Counted from the first letter of the stretch, positions 1 to 8,199 are shown. The stretch is 8,199 nucleotides of DNA from Geosiphon pyriformis uo1 (GCA_016748015.1 JAAOMT010000700.1:1-8199), one strand, 5' to 3'. Notes: generated by a model from the sequence alone, not told the origin. Program-made: numbers and translations.

Positions 1-240
1 GGAGGGTATAAAGGAGTCAACCGTCCAAACCCATAGGGAGGGAGGGGGGGGGTACAAACAACAGGGAGTCTTACCGCCCTCTCACGGAAGGGGTAGGGAG
101 GGGGGGGGGGTAGAAGCCATGAGGTATAAGGACAGGGTAAGTATACTACTACGGAGGGAGTAATGAGGGATGGCAGTCCGGTGGCCTCAAATCCCATACG
201 TCCGAACCGTATGAGGCAGAGTAAGGCAGGAGGGGGAAGT
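1..240 (+). repeat. G/purine-rich low-complexity block with G-quadruplex-type tracts
   Basis: TAGGGAGGGAG9TA (34-54) and TAGGGAG11TA (94-112), two similar G-tracts 60 bp apart. Confidence 0.75.
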
Positions 241-259
241 AACTTGAGACGTATACGAT

Positions 260-625
260 CCCAGAGTTAGCTAATGAGGAGATCACCGTGTAAAGGTAAC
301 TCAATACCTACTTCAGACCCGGAAGGGTAGTAGCGCGAGCCAAGCTTGAAGTTTCGGCATGCATGGGCAGGGAAAGTATGGAGTGGTTTGCTAGAGGGCT
401 AGCGACCCCCCCAGCTAGCCTTCAGTACCGCACCACATACGTCCCTACCGTATGCTGGAGAGAGCCTATTAGCCAACCCACATCTAGGGGGAGAGTAAAC
501 CCCGAACAGGAGTTAGTCAGCGGATATAGGAGTTCAGTAGGCAGAAGCTGGACGGCATACGAATAAGATTACCTCATCGCGCAAATGACAAGACCCTGAT
601 GTGGCCAAGAGTCATGTACAGGAGC
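260..625 (-). pseudogene. Tentative mitovirus-like RdRp relic (copy A)
   Basis: Minus strand, colinear but weak: PVHD (622-611, cf. PLHD); SYSY (568-557, motif A region); VRY-G* (433 downward, motif B start) followed by ANHSIL; YL-HGDLLI-AN (298-266, motif C-like with one Asp missing). PVHD-to-motif A spacing is too short, implying a deletion or a false match. Confidence 0.42.
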
Positions 626-874
626 CCTACAGGCCCGTAACAACGTGGTAAGGGGCCCTCAAGGAGGCCGCACCGAGTACATGTACCCTAATAACGACCA
701 AAGTAGTGTAAGGCCAAATCCCAGCCCCGACATACGCCATACTACCAACCAATCAAGTCTAACCCAACCAAACAACTCGAGATGACTGCAACCATCTCAG
801 GGAAGAAGGGAGGGTAAGGGGAGAAGGGGAGAGTAGTAGAGCGTGACATAGGAATCCTAACCAAGGACAACTCA

Positions 875-915
875 AACGGATACCAATAGGCCATAGCGAA
901 CGGATACCAACAGGC
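875..915 (+). repeat. Short imperfect tandem duplication, 24-bp period
   Basis: AACGGATACCAATAGGC (875-891) and AACGGATACCAACAGGC (899-915), 16/17 identical. Confidence 0.7.
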
Positions 916-1099
916 AACCCAACATACACCTCCAAGTCTAACTAACCCACAAGGGGAGGGAAGCACTCATAGACGTAAGCCTAGGGGGGGAGTGATCTGG
1001 TACTAAAGGTTATAAGACCTCTCCAATTCTGACTGCCGAGGGCTTGGCAACTAAAGGGGGACCAATTAGGCCAATATGGCTAAAGCTTGTCAACGAGAC

Positions 1100-1300
1100 A
1101 CGAAAGGGGGTGAGGAGGTACTGTACTTAAAACTCCCCATTTGCTACTGGGTACCTACTCCAAACAAGTATTGGGTACTTATGGTATACTACCTATCCCT
1201 TGCTCCAAACCATCCCAGCCAAAGAGGCTAATACCAAGGCCCCTAGGGTAACCTATTAACACTCTATAGTCCACATTCAAGTAGGGACTTGGCCTATTGG
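1100..1300 (+). pseudogene. Tentative N-terminal fragment of a mitovirus-like RdRp (copy B)
   Basis: TKGGEEVLYLK (1100-1132, cf. G....v.YLK); GILPIP (1183-1200, cf. G.P..IP); LLTLYS (1253-1270, cf. LL.LYR). No catalytic motif seen, so support is weak. Confidence 0.33.
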
Positions 1301-1399
1301 ATGCAAGTACTCATTAGAGAAACGACCAGTTGTCAAGTAATATGCAAGAGGCTTATGGCACCGGTCCTTGAATACTGGTATTGGTAGGAAGCTCTAGCC

Positions 1400-2165
1400 T
1401 AGAGGGTAACAATACCCATCACAAAACCAAACAAAAATCAAGGGGTATGGGTACTTTGTATACCCTGTAATCCAACCATAAAGACGTATGTACTTTGGTC
1501 CCCAAAACCACAATGGGTAAAAAGGGCCATCCATTACATCCAACAGAGTCCTCAAACCCAGGGCAGGGAGGGGATCCCCTTCAGAGGTTGTGTTGAAAGT
1601 GTGGTCCCAAATACCTATCGCCTCAGTATCCTTGTATAGGGAGCCGGTTACTGTGCTATCCAATCTAGGGGTCTGGGTTGTAGGGGGGGGTGTGGTTACG
1701 AATACATGGCCAAACCAAAAAGGGTCAAAGTCAAAATCCCAATCCTTGCTCCACCAAGCAAAAGGGGACTCCCCAATAAAACCAGTACAACAACTACTAC
1801 AAAAAGGGTCCTACACAAATACCAAATACCGAATCAAATACTTTACCACCACCCAATAAGGGGATCTATAACTACAAACAAGGGTACCAAACCAACTTGT
1901 ACCGAATCAAAATCACTCCCTATGGGCTTCCCATATAATTACCAAAAGTCCAATCCCACCACCACGTAAATCCCCATGACCAAAACCAGTAGTGTAAAGA
2001 ACTAAACCAATACCCCAATACCCCTTTACAAAGTCCCACAAGGACTAATACCCAAATATCCAACACCCAATACCCACCCAACAAGGTTGTTCAAAATAGG
2101 ACAAGGTATACTTGCCCGACTTGGTACAAACAACAAGCAAAGTACATGTACCCAACCATACCTAT
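1400..2165. repeat. CA-rich low-complexity spacer (degenerate CCAA/TACC/AATACCC words)
   Basis: Recurrent ACCAAA, AATACCC and CCCAA words; exact 12-mer TACCGAATCAAA at 1827-1838 and 1900-1911; tandem AATACCCC at about 2009-2024. No regular period seen. Confidence 0.7.
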
Positions 2166-2299
2166 CGAATTACATAGGGTACTAGGGGTATTGGAGCTGG
2201 GGCTAATAGGACCCAAATATGAGGTATCGAGTGGTTATGGTCAAGTCTCCAATGGTCCCTACCATATTTGGGTAAGGGTTGATTGGTCCCCTCACAGGT

Positions 2300-2780
2300 T
2301 GGGGGATTGGCACTGAGATTCTACTCATTGTTGATCCTCATACACTGGCTATATAGCTACCTTACCACTCCTGATAAGTCATCAGCTAATCCTGTACAAC
2401 TAGTATAGGTGTGTGCTATGATATTGATATCCTAGTAGTCCAATCGACAAGATTTGTAGTAAGGCTGGTTGTACCCGTAAATTGGTTATACTCTAACTGG
2501 GAGGAGCAGCACAGCAGGGAATACTGATATAACGGCCTGCATCCCCACTCTTGTCGTTTACAAGGCTTGCTATACATCCATTACGGTTAGGGGAGTTTGC
2601 CTGTCGCTGGGATCGAGACAGGGGCCTTTATGTTAGCTATGGTAAGCAAGGTTAAAATTGGATGCCAGTATTAGATCAAGCCCCTTTTACCCGTATGGTG
2701 TTCTAGAGAGCACCTGTATCCTTATATCAGGGAAAGCTGCCATGAATCTACCCAGTACTCACACAAACTAAACCGTGGAT
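2300..2780 (-). pseudogene. Probable mitovirus-like RdRp relic (copy C), motifs F to D, more degraded
   Basis: On the minus strand in order: PRFSLCEYW (2778-2752, cf. RVFAI.DYW); VLSRTP..G (2713-2690, cf. L..IP.DG); CLD-PATGKLP (2620-2590, cf. DL..ATD.LP); YRI-ADDL (2396-2375, motif C-like); KVA (2363-2355); VE-S.AK-like segment (2324-2307). Motif B is barely recognisable. Confidence 0.58.
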
Positions 2781-2819
2781 AATGGGGGGAGGTGGATATA
2801 CTATCAACAGGCCTAAAGG

Positions 2820-3240
2820 GGTGTAGGGTGGGGGGGGGGGGGAACGAGAGCTCTAAAAGGTTACCAATGAGGGAATGGTGGGTATTTAAGGATCGATTAG
2901 CCAGACCAACAAAGATGTACCCATTAATGGTCAAATGGGGCGGATGGGAGTAGGTAAATGGAGGGAATGGTTGTGGGCATAGAAATGGTTTGGTATAGGG
3001 AGGGCGCTTGTAAGGCATCCGTCAATGGGGGAGGAGGGAGAGTAAGGGGTTGTTGGGAGATACGCAAATGGGGGAGGGGGGCCTGGTGCCCAACAGGATC
3101 ATTAGATGATCCAATGGCAGATGGGTCCAAGGATGTACCCCCAAAAGGCATTTGGGGCCTTGGGGGTTATGAGTGGGTGGTAGGTTGGGTGATGGAGCAA
3201 TTAGAGGGGGGGGGTTTTTAGGGTAGTACTATCTGAGGAC
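2820..3240. repeat. G-rich low-complexity spacer with many GGG tracts
   Basis: G13 at 2830-2842, G9 at 3206-3214 and many ATGG/GGGA/TTGG words; composition resembles the reverse complement of the CA-rich blocks. Confidence 0.7.
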
Positions 3241-3251
3241 GACACCCCCAA

Positions 3252-3310
3252 TAGAGAGTCGATATCTGGATCGAGATAGAGATATAGAGAGATCTATAGA
3301 TCTAGAGAGT
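3252..3310. repeat. Degenerate AG/AGAT microsatellite-like patch with 14-bp palindrome
   Basis: GAGATAGAGATATAGAGAGATCTATAGATCTAGAGAG; AGATCTATAGATCT (3290-3303) is self-complementary. Confidence 0.6.
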
Positions 3311-3489
3311 ACAAGATACCAAAAAGGCACCAAATAGAACTTACCCAGTCTACAAGATCCAGTCTATCGTACGGTGCTCGTTCTTATTTGGGCCATATAA
3401 AGCGATCCCCAATGTATTACCCATGAGGCCCTCCAAGTCCTGTAACTACATATTGGGTATGTATTGTGGTGGTGGGAGGTTGTAGTCAT

Positions 3490-4135
3490 ACCCAAAATCC
3501 ACATCGTAGTCAGCTGCTACTAGAACCAAAATCCAATCAATCAACCATATTGGTCCCCTTTAACCCAGTACTCTCCAGTCCACAGTCTCCCAAAGTCTCC
3601 AAGACCATATCTATCCATAGGGGGTATCAAAGACCCTGTAGCAAATACTGTATTTTGTTTGTCATCCAACTCCACCCTGGGTATTGTCCCCTATAGAGGT
3701 ATAGATTCGCATCCCTTACTGAAAAAGCCCTAATGGTCCTCCACTCACACTTTACTCTATCAAAACCCAAATAACAATAGGGCCCTGTTGGGATTTACCA
3801 TATATACTTACTACCACCATGCAACCCTCTGATCCAAAGACAACTACCACAATCCCAATCATTGTATACAACCCCAACTCCAAATACCCTATACCAAATC
3901 CCAACCACACCTTTACAACCGACCATGCTTACCTGTACCTATTACCCAACAATCCATCCAAATACCAAATCAGACCCATCGAGATACCAATCACAAGGAT
4001 CAAGTACTTACCTCTACCAGGCCCCATAACCAATCTAGCCACTTGCCCATTTACAACAACCATGACAACCAACCCCAACCATCCAATACCAAACCATAAC
4101 CAATATCAGAAAATGCACAAATCTACTATCCCCTA
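3490..4135. repeat. Second CA-rich low-complexity spacer
   Basis: Recurrent CCAAATACC, CCAATACC and ACAACC words, densest at 3810-4135; produces the Pro/Thr/Asn-rich 114-aa ORF 3819-4163. Confidence 0.65.
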
Positions 4136-4389
4136 TAAGAGGTTGCGTGGGATGGTAAAGTAGAGTCCTTATTCTTGTGGGACCAAGGGTAAGTTAGTAT
4201 AATGACCAGTTAGCTAGTAACCACTATAAAGCTAATATGGACAAGATTACTTGACCAAGCCCAAGTACATACTACAAGAGTTGGGGCCTCATTAGACCGT
4301 CTACCCTTCAGGAGGGCCTTCCTAGAGAGATCTTGTGCGGAGATATGCGGCTTTATCCACAGAACCCATTTTCCATTGAGGAAGCCCGG

Positions 4390-5580
4390 TAGCTGCATAT
4401 ATCTCCAGATAAACTCCGTACCGAAGCTGGGGGAGGACCTCATGTTAGAGGCAGGCTACGGTCCAAGGCTTGGGAGGCATCACTACCTACTAGACCTTAT
4501 TGATTCATACACGGTCACGGGCTAAGACTTTGTAAGATTAGCCTATTTCAACTACTTTGGTTGACTACCATTGAATTACCTGCCTCCGACGAGGGGGTCT
4601 GTAAACCTACTAAATGGAGTAGGTACGCTGTAAGCCACTAGATCAAGTACCCGATCATAGAGTATAGGACAAAGTACCTAAGCTTATTCACTCCCCCCAT
4701 TGGGAGTGGGTGGTATACTATAGGGACTATAGTACCCAGGCGATTACCATCAGTGTACCATAAATATGGATACCACATCTGGAGGGAACCCCTCATGAAA
4801 TAGCTGCCACGACTGCCTTCAAGTAATAAACTTTGACCCATAGGGTGATGGTCCAACGTAGGTATCGCAGGCCTATCTCGTATACGATAAAGGGTACCGT
4901 AAAGATCAGTACCCAATTGTAGTAAGTCCAGAGTATATGGGGATTCCATGCGTAGGGGTGTGGGGGGGGCAGCGAATAATGGGTATACTCAGTCAATGGC
5001 AGGTAAACACCTAATGCATATAAGGGTAAATCGCACCATGAGGTTCAACAGTACTTTGCTTGTTATTATATTGCTCAGCAACTGACCCATACATTATATC
5101 CTGGGTAATATCTGATTGCTCATCTGTTGGTGACCAGACCTCCGAACTCGTCTTTAAACTACTAAGAGCCGGAAATTAAAGGTCCCACGTACCTTACGGC
5201 TAGAGGACCCAAAGCTAAGGGGTCGGTATACCATCTGGTAAACCATAGAAAATATAACACGGGTGCCCCGATGGGAGCCTTATCGTCATTCGCGATTGGC
5301 ACTGACCCCATGGGCTCGTACAATGGGCAGCCTACAGATGTGGCTTCAAGGACCCATTGATAATAAAGCTGGCGCCTTACAACTATTGACGCAGTACCGA
5401 GTTATGGGAGATTACGGGTTATAGCTGAGAGATTGGTAGCTCGGAGACCTCATCGGGATGTAAGAATTAGGGATCCCGAGCAATGCCAAAGTCATTTTTA
5501 AGGACAAGGGGGGGGGTGTTTATATAGTGGCCTCTAAGTAATGGGTAGACGGGAGAGATATCCCCATCATCATTAAAGTA
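4390..5580 (+). pseudogene. Frameshifted mitovirus-like RdRp relic (copy D), N-terminal region through motifs F/A/B/C/D/E
   Basis: Motifs occur in the correct order across frameshifts: IYL (4397-4405); GP-NVG (4850-4863, one base short); KSRVYG (4924-4941, motif F-like); SATD (5075-5086, motif A); RKYNTGAPMGALSSFA (5247-5294) / LALT (5296-5307) / HGLVQWAAYRCGF (5309-5347), matching motif B Y..GQPMGALSS...LALTHH..VQWAA; QYRVMGDY (5392-5415) / VIAERLVAR (5418-5444), motif C with GDD changed to GDY; ELGIP..A-KSF (5464-5497); ASK*WVDGRD-SPSSLK (5530-5578). Boundaries are approximate. Confidence 0.85.
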
Positions 5581-5624
5581 TGCCATCCTAGCATTTTTAG
5601 GTCAGGAGCTTCGAGCGAAGCCCG

Positions 5625-5925
5625 AGGATCCATGGGGGAGGATGGGCTGTAGGGATGGTTAGGAGGCGGGAAAGTGGCAGCTGTCAAAGGCAGATGGGTA
5701 GAGCAGTTATAAGCAGGAGGGGGGTAGGGGGGAGGAGCCCAGACCACCACCAGAAGGACCCTACAAACGGAGTGGTACAACAACAAGTAAAATACCACAA
5801 CAGGACAAGCACCAACAACAAGCATATTACCTGGGTATGAATCCTCCTTGATCTGTGGGAGCTGGGGGGGGGCGATCGATAGTCCTTATTTATAGCAAGT
5901 TATAAGGGGGGGAGAGGGGGCGGGA
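5625..5925. repeat. Mixed G-rich / CA-rich low-complexity spacer between RdRp copies D and E
   Basis: GGG tracts at 5633-5735 and 5857-5924 (G9 at 5864-5872, G7 at 5906-5912) flank an ACC/ACA-rich stretch at about 5740-5820. Confidence 0.6.
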
Positions 5926-5949
5926 CGAGAATCGTATTTGGTAGGTATT

Positions 5950-6450
5950 ATTGCCTTATAGGATAGATAAGCAGCCACGTGACTATACCTATATTAGGGG
6001 AAGTCCTATAGCCTTTATATTTTTAACAGGAAGCGTCTAATAAGAATCTTCCAAGCTCATGAGTGATCGTAATTACTCCTTCCTGAACCAAAGGGTTATG
6101 GCGTAAAGCTCAAATTGTAGGGTAATCATATCCTAATTCTACCTATCTAAAGTATGAGACAGGGCAAAATGGGCACGGTTCCTGCAGGGCCTTAACAACA
6201 CCATGCGGGTCCGGGCTGCTTGGGCATGGTTAGCAGCCCCAACTGGAGCGTCCCTACAAGGGATATGGTACGTACCGAGTATTAGGGGGATGATCTGGTA
6301 ATTGCGGATCCATTGGTGGCGAGTACTCAAGGGATGGCGTAATTCAGCATCCCAATCTCGCAAGTCCTATGTATACCAGGCTTATTAGAGTTTTCCTCTT
6401 AATGTTGGCTTGGAGACGAGTAATTATCCCGGGTCCTTAAAAGACTCTAT
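5950..6450 (+). pseudogene. Frameshifted mitovirus-like RdRp relic (copy E), catalytic core motifs A to E; C-terminal part may extend towards about 7000
   Basis: AAT-D-IPIL (5971-5996, motif A); KLMSDRNY (6053-6076); KYETGQ-MG (6150-6174) and ALT-HHA-VRAAW (6189-6223), motif B; YRVLG+DDLVIADPLVA-EY (6273-6326, motif C, one extra G in GGGGG); IPIS-KSYV (6349-6373); GLLEFSS (6379-6399); SLKD (6434-6445). Order and spacing parallel copy D. Confidence 0.87.
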
Positions 6451-7389
6451 CCATAACTTAGGGACCCTACTAACCCAATTAAGGGCGTGCCCAAGCAGGG
6501 ATTATGGCCAAAGAAGGAGGTTGTCTAAAGGTAGATCTAAGACTATAGCTGTGCTAAAATGGATGGGACTACCTACTCATGGATGGGCATTAAAATCCAT
6601 TACATGTCAACAAAGGGATCATCAGGATTTAAACGTATACGGGATTTATCAAGTACCGTATCTCGCCTCCTAAAGGCAGCTTTACATCAAATGGGCCTTT
6701 ATGGTCAGGATTAGGAGAAGCTGATAGATTGGCATGTGGATCCTACTCTATTCGAATAGAAGTACCATCTCTTCTCTAAGGAGTTTACTAAAGGTAGAAA
6801 GCGTCTTGTGACGTACAGAGGACCTACAGGTGTACTTTCCAAGACTATCCACATCTATACTCTCTCGAATCTAATGTATAGGTAAAGGGCCCGTATGCAT
6901 CTAAATACGCTACGTTTACAGTAGACAAATGGGTAAACGCAATGTATACGAATGTGAACCGAGATAGGGAGTCATACTCAGAATTGTAGCCCTATCCCAA
7001 TTATTAGGTAGCTAAGGTGTTCCGGATTAAGAGCGCGCGGGGATGAGGCGAGCCTATTCTTATGGGATTATGGGGAACCAGTGTGCTGACTAAGTAAATC
7101 GAGAGCATCATAATAACAATGCATCTATGTGCCGCTGCTGCCAATACATCCTTTATGAGTATGGGACGCCGTACCTATTGTACACACCGTACGGTTGATC
7201 CAAGATCCAATATATGGGAGCATATACTGCTTTAGCTATTAAGAACCCAAAGTTACATTGAGGAAGCTAAAGAGGGCTCTTCTTAGAAAAACCAATTGTT
7301 ACAACTTTTGGAGGATATCCTGGATGAGGCAAGGTCTACGTGCCGAAGGTCGTAGGTAAACCAAGAACTCCGACTGATTTATACTGACA

Positions 7390-8199
7390 ACGTACCGGGC
7401 TTTACTAAGGGAAGTGCCTATTTTATACAATTACTAGGGGGGGTGACTACCCATACGCAATTTGCCTAAATGGTCTGGCCTACCCAACTGGTTCGCTCAT
7501 AACAAAGCTAAGAGCATCTTGGTTCCAACGCCCGAATCTACAGGTAGATCAAAGGGCCAAGCTGACTGCCGATTCGGGAGGTATGTTTAGCTTAAATCAG
7601 CTTCAACCTAATATGGCCACCATAACCAGACCTCTCGATCAAATTAAGATGGGTGGTACAACTACTTCAACAAGAGGCCCTACTGTTGGGCCCTCAATAC
7701 TCAACTTGACCTGCAAAATAAAGAGTTGACTGCTAACTTGCGTGGATACAGCAGCCAATATCTAGGTTAGCAGGATCGGACCCCGATTGGGTCCAAACAG
7801 TACAAGGGGAGTTAGTGGGCAGACGACAGCTATCGGATACGTATTTGCTGTAAGGAGGCCATGGAGACTCAGTTTGGATAGACTGTAGTACCATTTGCCT
7901 ACTAGACGGGTAGGGGACAACTCGGTCAGGATCCAATATTTTTGTATCCATGCTTTTGTAAGTTTGTATCTTATTAGAAGCAAAGGACCGGTAAGACGGT
8001 AAATACGTGCCCCTTACGGGCCGCCCTAGGAGTTAATAGGTATCCACTACTGGACCAGGCAGCTCTACCAGTGAACCCCATCCCCAGGTACGAGGGGGGA
8101 TGGACAAACACCTATTTGACAATCATTCTACATCTCCGTAGTTTGTACGGTACCGGTTATGATAGGAGACCGTAGCTCTATATGGGCATCAATCATGCA
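7390..8199 (+). pseudogene. Probable mitovirus-like RdRp relic (copy F), N-terminal region to motif B, running off the window end
   Basis: FIQLLGG (7422-7442); GLPNWF (7477-7494); STRGPTVGPSILN (7667-7705, parallel to GP-NVG in copy D); VFAV..W-TQ (7841-7872, motif F-like); LPT-DG (7895-7910); FVSY..AKDR (7963-7991, degraded motif A); FVRY-G (8142-8157) and NHA (8191-8199), degraded motif B. Motif C is predicted just beyond the window. Confidence 0.65.

Noticed and set aside
3140-3151. MPFG on the minus strand resembling the gypsy RT motif MPFGL
   Set aside because: There is no flanking RT context and no YxDD at the expected distance; it lies in low-complexity sequence.
4214-4525. Stop-free frame with copia-integrase-like look (C..C, DL...LG...Y....IDSYT)
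   Set aside because: Cys spacing is wrong, there is no HH of the zinc finger and no correctly spaced second Asp or Glu. The region is better explained as the N-terminal part of RdRp copy D.
5500-5525. Polypurine tract followed by TG, as at a retrotransposon 3' LTR start
   Set aside because: No second LTR or pol domains were found, and RdRp similarity continues past it (ASK*WVDGRD-SP at 5530-5566).
676-5621. Isolated short palindromes and repeats (AGTACATGTACCC at 676-688 and 2141-2153; AGGGGATCCCCT at 1569-1580; GCTTCGAGCGAAGC at 5608-5621)
   Set aside because: They are short and lack supporting context, so they are compatible with chance in biased sequence.
5247-6400. Insertional RNA-editing cryptogenes (myxomycete C-insertion or kinetoplastid U-insertion type)
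   Set aside because: The bases needed to restore frames are of mixed identity and some sites have extra bases (6198, 6288). This does not fit single-nucleotide-type editing; cDNA would settle it.
7119-7469. TAG-readthrough ORF suggesting a recoded genetic code
   Set aside because: Frames of this length are expected by chance when TAG is ignored, and the RdRp motifs are broken by frameshifts that recoding would not repair.
363-7983. The 61-114 aa ORFs of the supplied track as real genes
   Set aside because: They are short, overlapping and compositionally biased, with no recognisable domain. Only small parts coincide with RdRp relic frames (PRFSLCEYW in 2722..3018; SLKD in 6410..6673).
1-8199. 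Window is shuffled or random sequence
   Set aside because: Considered because of the lack of long ORFs, but ordered multi-motif RdRp series in copies D and E are very unlikely to arise in shuffled sequence.
1-8199. CRISPR array, tRNA or rRNA
   Set aside because: No regularly spaced direct repeats, cloverleaf or conserved rRNA segments were recognised.

Overview
No intact gene, RNA gene or CRISPR array is supportable, and the 61-114 aa ORFs in the track look like chance or low-complexity frames. Reading across frameshifts by eye, the window instead contains several heavily frameshifted relics of mitovirus-like (Mitoviridae, Lenarviricota) RNA-dependent RNA polymerase genes. Two are strong (about 4390-5580 + and 5950-6450 +), two are probable (about 2300-2780 - and 7390-8199 +) and two are tentative (about 260-625 - and 1100-1300 +). 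They are mutually divergent, lie in both orientations, and are separated by G-rich or CA-rich low-complexity blocks. The best reading is a dense cluster of non-retroviral endogenous RNA-virus elements, in an organellar or nuclear locus of an unknown eukaryote. The very high small-indel density means an uncorrected long read or chimeric cDNA cannot be excluded. All motif matches come from my recollection of mitovirus RdRp consensus motifs; no database search was run.
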